Assembly (NCBI GenBank): GCA_003282225.1
Contig: QBZO01000001.1
Coordinates: forward strand, 2,754 to 66,753
Direction of reading: 5' to 3'
From: Prochlorococcus sp. AG-335-I21
GTDB taxonomy: Bacteria > Cyanobacteriota > Cyanobacteriia > PCC-6307 > Cyanobiaceae
DNA length: 64,000 nucleotides
The translations under genes were made by a program, and so were the position numbers. This document shows positions 33,104-44,213 of the stretch, in pieces. The notes below the pieces were generated by a model that was not told where the DNA came from, did not search any database, and saw nothing but the letters and a program-made list of their open reading frames with translations. Within the stretch, counting starts at the first letter, position 1. The number at the start of each line of letters is the position of its first letter.

Positions 33104-35560
33104 TTAATTTAAGAAGTCATGAATAAATTTATTGTCAGAATTGTCGATTAGCAAATCTTTTAATAAAATATTTTTTCTTAAGTCAGGATCTTGATTTATT
33201 ACCCTCTGAGCCTCTTCTCTAGCCTTTTCAATTAAAACTTTATTTTTTGGTAAGTTATCTAATACAAAATCTGGTAATCCCGACTGCTTATATCCCAAGA
33301 GTTGGCCGGGGCCTCTAAGTTCCAAGTCTTTTTCCGCGATATAAAAACCATCATTAGATTTTTCTAAAACACTTAACCTTTTATTTTCTAATCCATTTAT
33401 TTCAGAAGTTACTAAGTAACAAAATGATTTATGGGAACCTCTCCCAACTCTCCCTCGTAACTGGTGTAATTGAGATAATCCAAATCTTTCTGAATTATAA
33501 ATAATCATAATTGAAGCATTAGGTACATCAATTCCTACCTCAATAACTGTAGTAGAGACCAATATATTTACTTCATTATTTACAAAAGAATTAATGACAT
33601 TATTCTTCTCTTCAGAATTTAATTTTCCATGTAAAAGTCCAACCTTATTTTTTAAAAAAATTTCCTCTGATAAATATTTAAAAATCATTTTTGCAGAACT
33701 TAAATTCATTTTTTCAGAATCTTCAATTAATGGCAAAATTACGTAAGCTTGCTTCCCCTTATCTATTTCATTCTCAACACGTTTAAATAGTTTATTTAAC
33801 TCTTCTTCTGAGATAATTTTTGTTGTTATTGGAACTCTTCCTGGGGGAAGTTCTGTAATCTGACTAATATCTAAATCTCCATATAGCGACAAAGCGAGAG
33901 TCCTAGGTATGGGAGTGGCTGTCATTGATAATAAATTAGTATTAACTCCTTTGTTAAGTAATCGATTTCTTTGTGTAACACCAAACCTATGCTGTTCATC
34001 TATAACTACCATCCCTAATGAATTAAAAACAACTTTATCTTCAAATAATGCATGAGTACCTACGAGAATATCTACCATTCCATTTTTTAAGTTTGTCAGT
34101 ATTTCTTTTCTTTTTCTCTGAGGAGTATTACCTGTAAGAAGTTCTACAGATACTAAAAGTGGATTCAAGTACTTTACTAAATTTTTATAGTGCTGCGAGG
34201 CAAGTACTTCAGTTGGAACCATAAGTGCACCTTGTTGATCTTTTTCAAGTTCAATTAAAAGAGATGCTATTGCAATAACAGTTTTACCACTGCCAACATC
34301 TCCTTGAAGTAGTCTCGACATAGATGTTGAATCTGATAAATCATATTTAATTTCATCAAGTACTTTTTCCTGAGATTTAGTTAATTGAAAAGGTATTTTA
34401 TTTAAAAAATCTTTTAGTAAAAAATTCTTTTTAATAGATTTTTGAATAGTTAATTTTTTATTATTTTTCCTTTTTCTTAATAAAAACTTCATTTGCAATA
34501 GGAATAGTTCATCGAATACCAATCTTTTTTTTGACTCAATCAAAGCATTCTGATTTATAGGTAAATGAATATTTATTAAAGATTCACTTTTTGAAAATAA
34601 AGATAAGGAGTTAAGTTGTTTTTGATTAAGTAGATCAGGATATTGTTTTGAATAAATAATTACTTTTTTAATTAATTTTATAAAACTTAAATTTGAGAAT
34701 GATTCTGATAGCGAATATAAAGGCATAATCTTTCCAGAGAAATTAAAAGATTCTTCATTTGTATTTAAAATTTCTATCTGTGGGTCTACAAAATTTTTCC
34801 CATACTCAGATAATTTGACCTTACCAGATATTGCCAATTTAGTTCCGGGAATATATAGGGATTTCTGAGAAGAAAAAAAAGAATAAGATCTAAATCTCTT
34901 GCCTAAAAAAAATTTCGTGACTTTTATTGAGGAGGTCTCATCAAATATCACTATATTCATTATTGATAAATTACTATTATTTGGACTCTTATAAATGTAA
35001 AACTTTTTTATAGTTGCAATACAGGTATATAGATTATCTGGTTTTAAATTAATTATTTTAACTCTATTTGTATAATCTAAATACGTTCGTGGAAAATAAT
35101 CAATTATGTCTTTTATAGTATAAATACCTAATTCATTTAGCTTATTTTTATTAATCTTGCCTATACTTTTTATTAACGTAATATCTGAGTTTAAGGATAG
35201 ATTATTATCTATGACTTTTGAATAATAATTACCTGTATTTTCATTAGGATAATTTAAATCAATAGTTTTACCTAATTTTAGTAGAACTTTTCTAGTGTCA
35301 ATTACCAATCTTTTTCTTTGATTGATATCTAAATCATTATATTCAGAATATTTAATTGAGAATTCATCAAATAATTTAGTAAATTCACTAGTTAATTGCA
35401 AATTATCTAAATTACTTAATGACTTATTTAAAAAATAATTAAATTGTTGTCTTTTACCCAATAAATTTATAAATTTATTTTCTGATTCAAGCGTAAGAGC
35501 TTTTTGAAGGGGTCTTATCCAATCCTTAATTAAATTATTATATTCTTCATTATTAGTCAC
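33104..35560 (-). CDS. recG: ATP-dependent DNA helicase RecG
   Basis: QGDVGSGKT, DEQHRFG, TATPIPRT, QLRGRVGR, DLELRGPG. Confidence 0.98.
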   Translation of the reverse strand: MTNNEEYNNLIKDWIRPLQKALTLESENKFINLLGKRQQFNYFLNKSLSNLDNLQLTSEFTKLFDEFSIKYSEYNDLDINQRKRLVIDTRKVLLKLGKTIDLNYPNENTGNYYSKVIDNNLSLNSDITLIKSIGKINKNKLNELGIYTIKDIIDYFPRTYLDYTNRVKIINLKPDNLYTCIATIKKFYIYKSPNNSNLSIMNIVIFDETSSIKVTKFFLGKRFRSYSFFSSQKSLYIPGTKLAISGKVKLSEYGKNFVDPQIEILNTNEESFNFSGKIMPLYSLSESFSNLSFIKLIKKVIIYSKQYPDLLNQKQLNSLSLFSKSESLINIHLPINQNALIESKKRLVFDELFLLQMKFLLRKRKNNKKLTIQKSIKKNFLLKDFLNKIPFQLTKSQEKVLDEIKYDLSDSTSMSRLLQGDVGSGKTVIAIASLLIELEKDQQGALMVPTEVLASQHYKNLVKYLNPLLVSVELLTGNTPQRKRKEILTNLKNGMVDILVGTHALFEDKVVFNSLGMVVIDEQHRFGVTQRNRLLNKGVNTNLLSMTATPIPRTLALSLYGDLDISQITELPPGRVPITTKIISEEELNKLFKRVENEIDKGKQAYVILPLIEDSEKMNLSSAKMIFKYLSEEIFLKNKVGLLHGKLNSEEKNNVINSFVNNEVNILVSTTVIEVGIDVPNASIMIIYNSERFGLSQLHQLRGRVGRGSHKSFCYLVTSEINGLENKRLSVLEKSNDGFYIAEKDLELRGPGQLLGYKQSGLPDFVLDNLPKNKVLIEKAREEAQRVINQDPDLRKNILLKDLLIDNSDNKFIHDFLN

Positions 35561-35589
35561 TTTATCAACAAGATAAATTTAAATTTTAA

Positions 35590-36663
35590 TTACTTTGAAC
35601 TATTTGAGGTAAGTCCCTTATTTTTCCAATATCTTTGCTTTTTATCTAATACTTTAAACCTACTTTTTAATTCATTTATATTATTTCTACAGATTGAAAG
35701 ATCTAAATTATAAAACTCTAATTCAACATTAGTTATATTAAATAAATAAACATCAGAAGACCTATTATTAATTAAAGATAAATTATCTGTATACAAATCA
35801 TATCTAATAACAAAAGGATATGGATGTTTGATTATAGAATTATTGTTTGATAAACATTTGAAAGTTTCCTCAGATATAATTTTTTTTATTAACTTTATTT
35901 TAAATAATTTTAAATTAATCTTATATGAAAGATTCAATAAAAAACTGTTAAATGTTTTATCAATAAATTCAAAAATATTTAAATTTTCACTTGAGATAAA
36001 AACATCAGATTCCTGATCATTTATTATTTCAAAATCATTTAATTTATTATCACTTTTTTCTTCTATTAATTCAAGAACAGCATTAACTATATGTTTCCCA
36101 TCTTCAATCTTTTCAATACTTATTTCTTTAGAAAAAGAATTTAAATAACTACTTTCATCTAAATTTACAGAGGAAAGTTCATCTTCATTTAAAGTTTCAT
36201 AATATTCATATCTGTTCAAATTATTATCGCAATGAAATTCAATGGATTCGTTAGCAATTATTTCATTCTCATAATCAATTTTTACTGTTTGATAATCTTT
36301 TGATTTTTTCAATTCTTTTAAGGCCTTTACATTTACTATCTCTTTTATAGGATAACTAATATCACCTAACTTAAGTTGTTCAATAGTTATAAAGGGAAGT
36401 TTTGAATTAATAAGCAAACTGATATTATCATTTAAGAACATATTTAATTCTTTTGAATGTAATGCTTTGTCACTAGTAGGAAAATTAGAATAAATACCAG
36501 TTATACCTTTTTTAGTAGAGGTAAGTATAGATTTTCTTACGATATTAAAATAAGCCTCATATTCCTTATAAATATTTTTTATTAATATATTTTTTTGGAT
36601 TTCAGCCCTCTTGAGCTGAATTGTTACTTCTTTTGAATTTCTACTTTTGATACTATTGCTCAA
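35590..36663 (-). CDS. Hypothetical protein between tsf and recG
   Basis: 357-aa ORF co-oriented with neighbours; no motif recognised. Confidence 0.75.
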   Translation of the reverse strand: MSNSIKSRNSKEVTIQLKRAEIQKNILIKNIYKEYEAYFNIVRKSILTSTKKGITGIYSNFPTSDKALHSKELNMFLNDNISLLINSKLPFITIEQLKLGDISYPIKEIVNVKALKELKKSKDYQTVKIDYENEIIANESIEFHCDNNLNRYEYYETLNEDELSSVNLDESSYLNSFSKEISIEKIEDGKHIVNAVLELIEEKSDNKLNDFEIINDQESDVFISSENLNIFEFIDKTFNSFLLNLSYKINLKLFKIKLIKKIISEETFKCLSNNNSIIKHPYPFVIRYDLYTDNLSLINNRSSDVYLFNITNVELEFYNLDLSICRNNINELKSRFKVLDKKQRYWKNKGLTSNSSK

Positions 36664-36668
36664 GTGTT

Positions 36669-37325
36669 TTAGTTTGACTTTAAAGATGCGACTTCATCAG
36701 CAAAGTCCATCTCATTTTTTTCAATACCCTCTCCTAATGTATATCTAGTAAAACGTCTAACTTTGATATTTTCACCAATTTTAGCTGCTGCTTGTTTTAC
36801 AAGGTCCTCAACTGTTATTGAACTATCTTTTATGTAAGGTTGAGAAAGCAAGACTAACTCATTTAGTCTTTTGGCTATTCTTCCCTCAACGATTTTTTCT
36901 TTAATATTTTCCGGTTTGCCAGACAAATCATCTCTGCCCATTTCTATTTGTTTTTCTTTTTCGACTATATCTTTAGGTATTTGATCAATAGATACGTACT
37001 CTACATTTGGACATGCAGCAACTTGCATAGATACGTCTTTTAAAAGAGATTGAAATATATCTCCTCTAGCAACAAAATCAGTTTCACAATTTAGTTCTAA
37101 AAGAACACCTACCCTTGAACCCGTATGTATATAGCTGCCAATAGAACCTTCAGCAGCAACTCTTCCTGATTTCTTCTCTGCACTTGCTATACCTTTCTTC
37201 CTTAACCATTCTAAGGCTTTTTCAACATTCCCATCTGTCTCGTTTAAAGCCTTTTTGCAATCCATCATTCCTGCTCCAGTCTTATCTCTAAGATCCTTAA
37301 CTAGTTTTGCTGTAATGTTTCCCAT
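36669..37325 (-). CDS. tsf: Elongation factor Ts
   Basis: [24 protein letters not shown]. Confidence 0.98.
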   Translation of the reverse strand: MGNITAKLVKDLRDKTGAGMMDCKKALNETDGNVEKALEWLRKKGIASAEKKSGRVAAEGSIGSYIHTGSRVGVLLELNCETDFVARGDIFQSLLKDVSMQVAACPNVEYVSIDQIPKDIVEKEKQIEMGRDDLSGKPENIKEKIVEGRIAKRLNELVLLSQPYIKDSSITVEDLVKQAAAKIGENIKVRRFTRYTLGEGIEKNEMDFADEVASLKSN

Positions 37326-37371
37326 TTAAAAAGATAATGTTTTTTGTTTTTATTAAGGGTTTGAAAATAAA

Positions 37372-38076
37372 TTAATTTTTTCTTTGATCGTTAGAACCTT
37401 TTCTTCCCTCATTAATTGCATCTGCAAGTCGTCCTAAAATAAGTTGAACAGATCTCACTGCATCATCATTGCATGGAATAGGGACTTCACACAAATCAGG
37501 ATCACAGTTAGTATCTAACATTGAAACTAAAGAAATATCTAATTTCCTAGCTTCAAGAACAGCATTAGATTCTCTTCTTTGATCTACAAGAACAACTACA
37601 TCAGGTAATCTTCTCATACCTTTAAGACCACCTAAATACTTCTGCAATCTTTCTAGTTCTCGCCTCAAAACAGCCGCTTCTTTTTTAGGTCGCATAGCGA
37701 TAGCCCCACTACTTTCCATTCTCTCAAGATCTTTTAATCTTTCTATCCTTGCCTTCATGGTAGTCCAGTTAGTAAGCATACCTCCTAACCATCTCTGATT
37801 CACATAAGCAGCACCACATTTAACAGCTTCTTGAGCAACAACATCTGAAGCTTGCTTCTTCGTACCAACAAAAAGAAATCTTTTTCCACTTTTTGCAGCA
37901 TTCCTTGTCCACTTATAAGCATTATTCATACATAAAGCAGTCTTAACAAGATCAATAATGTGCACCCCATTTCTCGCACAATATATATATTTAGACATTT
38001 TGGGATTCCAACGTCTAGTTTGATGCCCAAAATGGGCACCAGCTTCCATCATTTCAGATAGTGATACAACAGCCAT
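37372..38076 (-). CDS. rpsB: 30S ribosomal protein S2
   Basis: [30 protein letters not shown]. Confidence 0.99.
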   Translation of the reverse strand: MAVVSLSEMMEAGAHFGHQTRRWNPKMSKYIYCARNGVHIIDLVKTALCMNNAYKWTRNAAKSGKRFLFVGTKKQASDVVAQEAVKCGAAYVNQRWLGGMLTNWTTMKARIERLKDLERMESSGAIAMRPKKEAAVLRRELERLQKYLGGLKGMRRLPDVVVLVDQRRESNAVLEARKLDISLVSMLDTNCDPDLCEVPIPCNDDAVRSVQLILGRLADAINEGRKGSNDQRKN

Positions 38077-38156
38077 GTTTAAATAAGTTTCGGGTTAGCC
38101 TCCATCCGACGGGAAATTTAAATATTTAAATCACCCGAAACAGTCAGATGTGTGGT
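38077..38156 (-). promoter_or_regulatory. rpsB (uS2/t44-type) autoregulatory 5' leader
   Basis: Minus strand reads CCACACATCTGAC...TTTCGGGTG...GTCGGATGGAGGCTAACCCGAAA; TTTCGGGT pairs with ACCCGAAA and CATCTGAC with GTCGGATG; GC-rich against an AT-rich background. Confidence 0.8.
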
Positions 38157-38228
38157 TTTAGTTTCTAAATATTGTAGCAAATAATCAGAAATCCTAAAAG
38201 ACTTTCTTAGAAGATTAATCTTTAAAAT

Positions 38229-39146
38229 TTAAATTAATCTTCTAAGTTCTTTTACATAAATAAAATTAAGGGGAATTCTAACAATCTCTAATGCAATTCT
38301 ATTTCTACCTGAATCAACTAAAAATCTTAATAACGGGAATATTCTTTTAATACTTATCAATCCCCCCAGACAAATTATTTGCCAAAGCAAAATATGAATA
38401 GGAGTTAATTGAATCATAAATCTAACTCTCAAATTTGAGTGTTTTTTATAAAATATTAAAGCCATCTTTGCTCTCTCTTTTTCTTGGGATACCAATGATT
38501 CAATTTGCCCACAATCAAAAGGGGGGTGCCAATGAAATCCAACAGCTTCTGGACATTTAATTAATGTTGTCCCTAATTTTTTTAATCTCTCTCCCAACTC
38601 TAGATCTTCCCACCCATAAAGGCTAAAGGAGTTATCAAATAATCCAACACTTAAAAGTAATTCTTTTGAAATAGCAACATTTCCAGTAGCAAAGTATGCA
38701 AAGGAAAAATCAGTTAATTTATATCTTTCACTTTCTGGATTCGAGAAATTAGAAGTATTAATAACTGAACCATAAGTAAAGCATTTTTTATTATTTTTAT
38801 TCCAAGAGAATAATAGTTTATTCACATGACAAGCAATAAAGTCTTCTAAAACAATAAGATCACTATCAATAAAAATGATAATTTCATATCTAGATTTCAT
38901 TACACCTAGGTTTCTTCCTAAAGCAGGTCCGCCATGTTCTTGTTCATATAAGACAACATGAGAGAGAAATTCATTATTATCTTTTATCCAAGAAGTTGTG
39001 CCATCCGTTGAGCCATCATCAACAACTATTACTTCATAATTACTGACATTCTCGTTTAAGTTCTGATTTTCAAGAGCCTTTAGACATTTTTCCAATATTG
39101 GTTTTCTATTATAAGTTGGGATAACAATGCTTACATTCATAACCAT
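38229..39146 (-). CDS. Glycosyltransferase family 2
   Basis: VSIVIPTYN, VDDGSTD, FIDSD, GWEDLELG. Confidence 0.93.
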   Translation of the reverse strand: MVMNVSIVIPTYNRKPILEKCLKALENQNLNENVSNYEVIVVDDGSTDGTTSWIKDNNEFLSHVVLYEQEHGGPALGRNLGVMKSRYEIIIFIDSDLIVLEDFIACHVNKLLFSWNKNNKKCFTYGSVINTSNFSNPESERYKLTDFSFAYFATGNVAISKELLLSVGLFDNSFSLYGWEDLELGERLKKLGTTLIKCPEAVGFHWHPPFDCGQIESLVSQEKERAKMALIFYKKHSNLRVRFMIQLTPIHILLWQIICLGGLISIKRIFPLLRFLVDSGRNRIALEIVRIPLNFIYVKELRRLI

Positions 39147-39202
39147 ATATTATTTATTTACTAATATACAGAATTTTAAAATATAAATGATCCAAATTTT
39201 TA

Positions 39203-39352
39203 CTAATCAGCCGCTCCGCCGTTATTAGCTGTTCCAGTTACGTTATTTCCTTCTGGTCTACCATCCGATCTAAGCTTTCTTTTTTTGAATTTTCTAGCAT
39301 ATGCACGATTACGGTCTTGCTTTTCTTTTTTTAAATTTCTTCTTTTTGACAT
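39203..39352 (-). CDS. Small basic protein, 49 aa, absent from the ORF track
   Basis: MSKRRNLKKEKQDRNRAYARKFKKRKLRSDGRPEGNNVTGTANNGGAAD*, fills the devA-GT2 gap on the same strand. Confidence 0.75.
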   Translation of the reverse strand: MSKRRNLKKEKQDRNRAYARKFKKRKLRSDGRPEGNNVTGTANNGGAAD

Positions 39353-39373
39353 AAAAAAATTTTTTACTTTTAA

Positions 39374-40096
39374 CTATCTTAGCTCACCAAGTGCATTAAA
39401 TATCTTACCATCTTCCATGTTTAATATCCTGTCCGCCATATCTGAAATCCTTGGATCATGCGTAACCATAAGGACAGAACAATTTTGCTCTTTTGCTAAT
39501 TTCCGTAAAAGTGAAACTATTTCTCTTCCAGTGACACTGTCTAAAGCTGAAGTTGGTTCATCCGCAAGTAAGAGTTTGGGATTCGCGGATAATGCCCTTG
39601 CAATTGCAACCCTTTGTTTCTGCCCTCCTGACAATCCATTTGGCAGTTTTTTATGATGCTCCTCTAAACCAACAGCAGATAACCACTTCCTTGCTACTTC
39701 TCTTCTTTGTAAGTACGTTAAATTTGTAATTAAATCTGCGCCCATCTGAACATTTTGTTCTGCTGTTAAACATCTAAGCAAATTATGTCCCTGAAAAATC
39801 ATCCCTATATTTCTCCGAAGTTTTTGTCTAGTTTTTCTTGAAGCCCCATTTAGTTGATTATTTAAAACCGTCAAATCTCCACTTTGGCATGTTCTCAATG
39901 CACCAATTAAAGTTAGAAGAGTTGTCTTACCACATCCTGAGGGTCCTTTTAGAAGAACTAACTCTCCTTTTTCAATAAAGAAATTTACATTATTAAGTAC
40001 TTGTTTCTTATTTTCATCAATACCATAATAATGACTCAAATTATTTATAGAAACAGTTTTTGAGTTTTTATCTTTTTTTTTGATGGCTTTAGGCAT
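39374..40096 (-). CDS. devA: DevA family ABC exporter ATPase
   Basis: GPSGCGKTT, LSGGQKQRVAIAR, ADEPTSALD, VTHD. Confidence 0.88.
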   Translation of the reverse strand: MPKAIKKKDKNSKTVSINNLSHYYGIDENKKQVLNNVNFFIEKGELVLLKGPSGCGKTTLLTLIGALRTCQSGDLTVLNNQLNGASRKTRQKLRRNIGMIFQGHNLLRCLTAEQNVQMGADLITNLTYLQRREVARKWLSAVGLEEHHKKLPNGLSGGQKQRVAIARALSANPKLLLADEPTSALDSVTGREIVSLLRKLAKEQNCSVLMVTHDPRISDMADRILNMEDGKIFNALGELR

Positions 40097-40110
40097 ACGA
40101 ATAATTATAG

Positions 40111-41283
40111 TTAAAATATTTCAGCAGGATCTGCATCGACTAATTTACGCATAGCAATTCCAGCAGAACCCATACACATAACCAAGATCAAAATAAAAAT
40201 TAAAACTGTTTTATTAGCATCCATTACTATGGGTAATTTTGTAGAATTTCTGACAATTGAATAAAGTATTTGTCCAGAAAAATAAGCAGGTAAATAGCCA
40301 AAAAATGCTAATAAAAAGCCTTCTCTAGCTACAACAAAAAACAAAGATTTTAGTCTATACCCCATAGCTAACAAGGTTGCATATTCAGGAAGATGATCAG
40401 TAACATCGCTATAAAGAATTTGATATACAACAACGCAACCAACTACAAAGCCCATCAAAGCTCCTAAACTAAATATAAAGCCAATCGCGGTACTGTTTTT
40501 CCAATAATTTTTTTCAAATTCTATAAATTGCTCTTTTGTTAAAACACGAACATCATTCGGTAAAGACTTGTTTAAAATTTCAGATGCCAGGATAGGATTT
40601 GAACCACTTCGCAGTTTCACTAAACCAATTTCAATACTTCCTTTTGGATTTGCAGGGAAAAGCCTTAGATATGTTTCTCTACTTGTTATGAGGTTTCCAT
40701 CTGCTCCAAAAGAAGGACCTAACTCAACAAGACCTTCAACTAATACTCTTTTACCAGCAACTTCGGTTTCTACTTTCTTTTCCGAAAGAAACCAATCTTC
40801 TATAGGCCCAAATTCTGGTCTTGAAAGTTTATCAAAAAGAACTCTTCCTGGATTTTTGAGTTTATCAGCCTTACTTGAAAATTCATCATCTAGTAAAAGA
40901 GAATCTGAAGGATTAAATCCTAAGGTTAAAATAGATCTTGTTTTTAGATTCTCTGGGTTCCTCCAGAGAAGATAAGTTAAGTTAACAGGGGCAGTTTTTT
41001 CTACGTCTTCTAAAGCTAAAGTTTGAATTAATCTTCTTTTTGGAAACCCACTCATACTTATAGAACTTTTTGATCTTGGACTTATCAATACAAGATCAGC
41101 ATCCAAAAGTTTATGAATAGTTACACTTGTATCAAATAATCCATCTCGAAAGCCTAATTGCAAAAACATTAAAATCCCAGCGAAGCTAATTCCTGCAATA
41201 GCGACTATTAATCTGAGTGGCTGTCTTGTTAGTAACAACCAAGCTAAAGGAATTTTCCTAAATTTTATGAAAGAAAAATTCAT
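40111..41283 (-). CDS. devC: ABC exporter permease DevC
   Basis: PLAWLLL, FLQLGFRD, YQILYSDV..HLPEYATL, ADPAEIF. Confidence 0.92.
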   Translation of the reverse strand: MNFSFIKFRKIPLAWLLLTRQPLRLIVAIAGISFAGILMFLQLGFRDGLFDTSVTIHKLLDADLVLISPRSKSSISMSGFPKRRLIQTLALEDVEKTAPVNLTYLLWRNPENLKTRSILTLGFNPSDSLLLDDEFSSKADKLKNPGRVLFDKLSRPEFGPIEDWFLSEKKVETEVAGKRVLVEGLVELGPSFGADGNLITSRETYLRLFPANPKGSIEIGLVKLRSGSNPILASEILNKSLPNDVRVLTKEQFIEFEKNYWKNSTAIGFIFSLGALMGFVVGCVVVYQILYSDVTDHLPEYATLLAMGYRLKSLFFVVAREGFLLAFFGYLPAYFSGQILYSIVRNSTKLPIVMDANKTVLIFILILVMCMGSAGIAMRKLVDADPAEIF

Positions 41284-42197
41284 CAAGGGAGGAATTTTGC
41301 TATGACTTTCATGCCAGTATAATTTTTTACTAATTTTATAGATTCCTGATTTAGCTTTACAAGAACTTCAATAATACGAGCATCCGCATCACCTGTAGGA
41401 TCTGTGGATAAGACCTTTCTTTGTTTTACTTGTGGACTAATTCTTATTACTTCCCCTATTAGAATTTTTTTAAAGCCTCCATTTTCACTACTTAATTCAA
41501 CATTTTGCGAGATAAATATCCTATTTATATCAGATTCATAAACTTCTATAAGAGCCTCCATATTCTGACTTGAGCCAATATCAAGTATCCCTTCGTTTTT
41601 AGATCTTTCTCCAACTCTTGTATTAACATTAAGTATATAGCCTTCAATTGGGCTTCTAAGTTGAGAGTTAAAAAGATCTATCTCAATTTCTTTTTTATCT
41701 GCAACATTAATTATTTTTTGTTTTTGTAATTTTAACAATTCATCTTTTCTCTGAGAAAGTTGTACCAATGAGTATGCTGACTTTTCAAACGCTAATTCAT
41801 ATCTTTTAATTTGATCTTCTTTTAATGAAATCTCTAAAATATTAGTTTTGATAAGTTTATTCTTTTTTTCAAGATCTGCCATTAATTTCTTTCTATTTTC
41901 AAAAACGGCTAGAACTGAACCTTTCTTGACAAAATCACCCTCCCTCACTAGTAGTTCAGATAAACGAGGAGATGATCCAAATTGAGAGATTGGTGCTGCT
42001 AATTGCCTAATCTCCCCAGCTGGAGAAAGTTGACCTAATGCTGCAACTGCTTCTATTTCAGGAATAAAATCAGAACTTATTTCTATATTAGAACTAGAAC
42101 TTAATTTTTTATTTTGAGAACATGAACTTATTCCGATCGATAATGGTAAAAATATCAAAAAATAAAAGATTAGATTTTTAAAATTATTTATAAACAT
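41283..42197 (-). CDS. devB: DevB/HlyD family membrane fusion protein
   Basis: VAALG, biotinyl-lipoyl-like segments, EVYESDI, DADARIIEV. Confidence 0.88.
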   Translation of the reverse strand: MFINNFKNLIFYFLIFLPLSIGISSCSQNKKLSSSSNIEISSDFIPEIEAVAALGQLSPAGEIRQLAAPISQFGSSPRLSELLVREGDFVKKGSVLAVFENRKKLMADLEKKNKLIKTNILEISLKEDQIKRYELAFEKSAYSLVQLSQRKDELLKLQKQKIINVADKKEIEIDLFNSQLRSPIEGYILNVNTRVGERSKNEGILDIGSSQNMEALIEVYESDINRIFISQNVELSSENGGFKKILIGEVIRISPQVKQRKVLSTDPTGDADARIIEVLVKLNQESIKLVKNYTGMKVIAKFLP

Positions 42198-42922
42198 CAA
42201 TAATCAAATAATACTTTTTTGATATATTCATCTACCCATATTTTATCAAAATATTTAAGCAAAACTAAACTTGTTTTTTCATTTTTCATTTGTTGAATGC
42301 AATAATTCTTTTGATAATTAATTCTTTCTTTAATTTTGTCATAATCAGAATCAGGACTAGTGTTTTGACTTAATTGAATTAAAACAGAAAGATAAGTATC
42401 AACTATTTTACAAAAAGCATTTTTTTCACTCTCATTTTTTAAAGAAGCAAAAAAAACATTTTTAGAGAATATATTTCCCCAGACTGGAATTTCTCTTTCA
42501 GATTTAAAAACACTTTTATCAATATGAGACAATAAATGATCATATTTTAAATTTTGATTCTTAGATGAAGGAGACAAATCAACAATAGCTGCCGAAACTA
42601 GTTCATTAACCTTAACTAAATCCATTCCAAATATTGGAATATCATACTTTGGGTCTGGGAAAAATACGCAATGTAGAATCTTTAGACTTTTTGAAAATTC
42701 AGCCACTTCAATATGTAACTTTCTAAATCCTTTTGCTTTATAAAATTCATTTTCTATATATAGCTCCTTACCCTCTACATTGGAAATTATGTTTGAGAGG
42801 TTAGGATCTACTTCCATGCAATTGAGGTCATTAAGCTTAGACCTCTGAGCCTTTATATTTTGCAATAAAGCCAAAATAAGTGGGTCAATTAATTCAGTTT
42901 TGGTTAAAGATTTAGACAACAA
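42197..42922 (-). CDS. pcyA: Phycocyanobilin:ferredoxin oxidoreductase
   Basis: [33 protein letters not shown]. Confidence 0.93.
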   Translation of the reverse strand: MLSKSLTKTELIDPLILALLQNIKAQRSKLNDLNCMEVDPNLSNIISNVEGKELYIENEFYKAKGFRKLHIEVAEFSKSLKILHCVFFPDPKYDIPIFGMDLVKVNELVSAAIVDLSPSSKNQNLKYDHLLSHIDKSVFKSEREIPVWGNIFSKNVFFASLKNESEKNAFCKIVDTYLSVLIQLSQNTSPDSDYDKIKERINYQKNYCIQQMKNEKTSLVLLKYFDKIWVDEYIKKVLFDY

Positions 42923-42962
42923 GTTTAAAAAGTATCAAAATTAAAATAAGGTAAGGATTTCA

Positions 42963-44213
42963 ATGAACCCAGGAGAAGTTAAGTACTTTGACCATTCAAG
43001 CAAACCTAAATGCGTTTTTGTGGAAAATAAAGAATTACCTCTTATATGCATAGATTTTTGGTTTAAAGCAGGATCTTCATTTGAGGAATCAGATAGAAAC
43101 GGAACAGCTCATTTTTTGGAACATATGATTTTTAAGGGTAGTAACAAATTAATGCCAGGAGAATTTGATTATAAGATCGAATCTCTTGGTGGAATGAGCA
43201 ATGCTTCAACTGGATATGATGATGCACATTACTATGTATTAATACCTGAAAACAACTTTAAAGAATCACTGGCTCTTTTGACAAACATTGTTTTATCTCC
43301 AACTATTAATATTCATGAATTTGAAAAAGAGAAAAGTGTTGTCATTGATGAAATAAAACAACAAAATGATCAACCTGATGAAAAACTTTTTAATTATTTT
43401 TTGAGCCGGGTATGGAAGGATAATAAATATGGCAAAACAATATTAGGCACTGAAAAACATCTCCAATTATTAAAAAAAGCTGATTTAGAAAAATTTCACA
43501 AAAGATTTTATAAAAAGAATAATTTTTGTATTGCAATTGCTGGAAATCTATCTGAGAAAACTTTTGAAATATATCAAGAAAACAATTTTTCTTATCTAGA
43601 TCAAGATGAAACTTCTCAAATAAAAGATAATAATAAAAGAATTGCAGTCTCAAGAACTGGAAGAGAAGAGATTAATTTTAAAAATATTGAATTGTCTAGA
43701 ATATTCATGGCATGGAGTATACCCAACCTAAAGAATCAAAAAATGAATATTGGCTTTGAAGTATTAGCATCAATACTTTGTGTTGGAAGAAATAGCAGAT
43801 TAGTAAAAGTGTTAAAGGAAGAAAAGAACCTTGTTGAGTCAATATATGCAGATGTAAATGGTGGAGAATTTGGAAGTTTATTAGTAATTGAAGCTTGCTG
43901 CGAAGAAATAAATTTAAAAAAAGTAGAGGAAGAAATTAATGAAACAATTCAAGAAGTTATAAGTTGTAAAAATTTAACTTTAAATGAGATTAGAAAAGCA
44001 ATTAATATAGTTAAGAGCAATTATATTTTCAATCTAGAAACGTCAACACAATTAACTTCGTTTTTTGGAAATGAGCTTTTGTGGGGTAGAAAAAATACAC
44101 TAAATGATTTAAATAATCATTTAGACTACTGGAATGATACAAATAACTTTAAGGAAATTATAAATTATTTGTCAAGGAAAAAATTCATTTTGATTGCCTC
44201 AACAGGAAAATGA
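42963..44213 (+). CDS. M16 family zinc peptidase, active subunit
   Basis: HFLEH (inverted HxxEH), NAST. Confidence 0.92.
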   Translation: MNPGEVKYFDHSSKPKCVFVENKELPLICIDFWFKAGSSFEESDRNGTAHFLEHMIFKGSNKLMPGEFDYKIESLGGMSNASTGYDDAHYYVLIPENNFKESLALLTNIVLSPTINIHEFEKEKSVVIDEIKQQNDQPDEKLFNYFLSRVWKDNKYGKTILGTEKHLQLLKKADLEKFHKRFYKKNNFCIAIAGNLSEKTFEIYQENNFSYLDQDETSQIKDNNKRIAVSRTGREEINFKNIELSRIFMAWSIPNLKNQKMNIGFEVLASILCVGRNSRLVKVLKEEKNLVESIYADVNGGEFGSLLVIEACCEEINLKKVEEEINETIQEVISCKNLTLNEIRKAINIVKSNYIFNLETSTQLTSFFGNELLWGRKNTLNDLNNHLDYWNDTNNFKEIINYLSRKKFILIASTGK

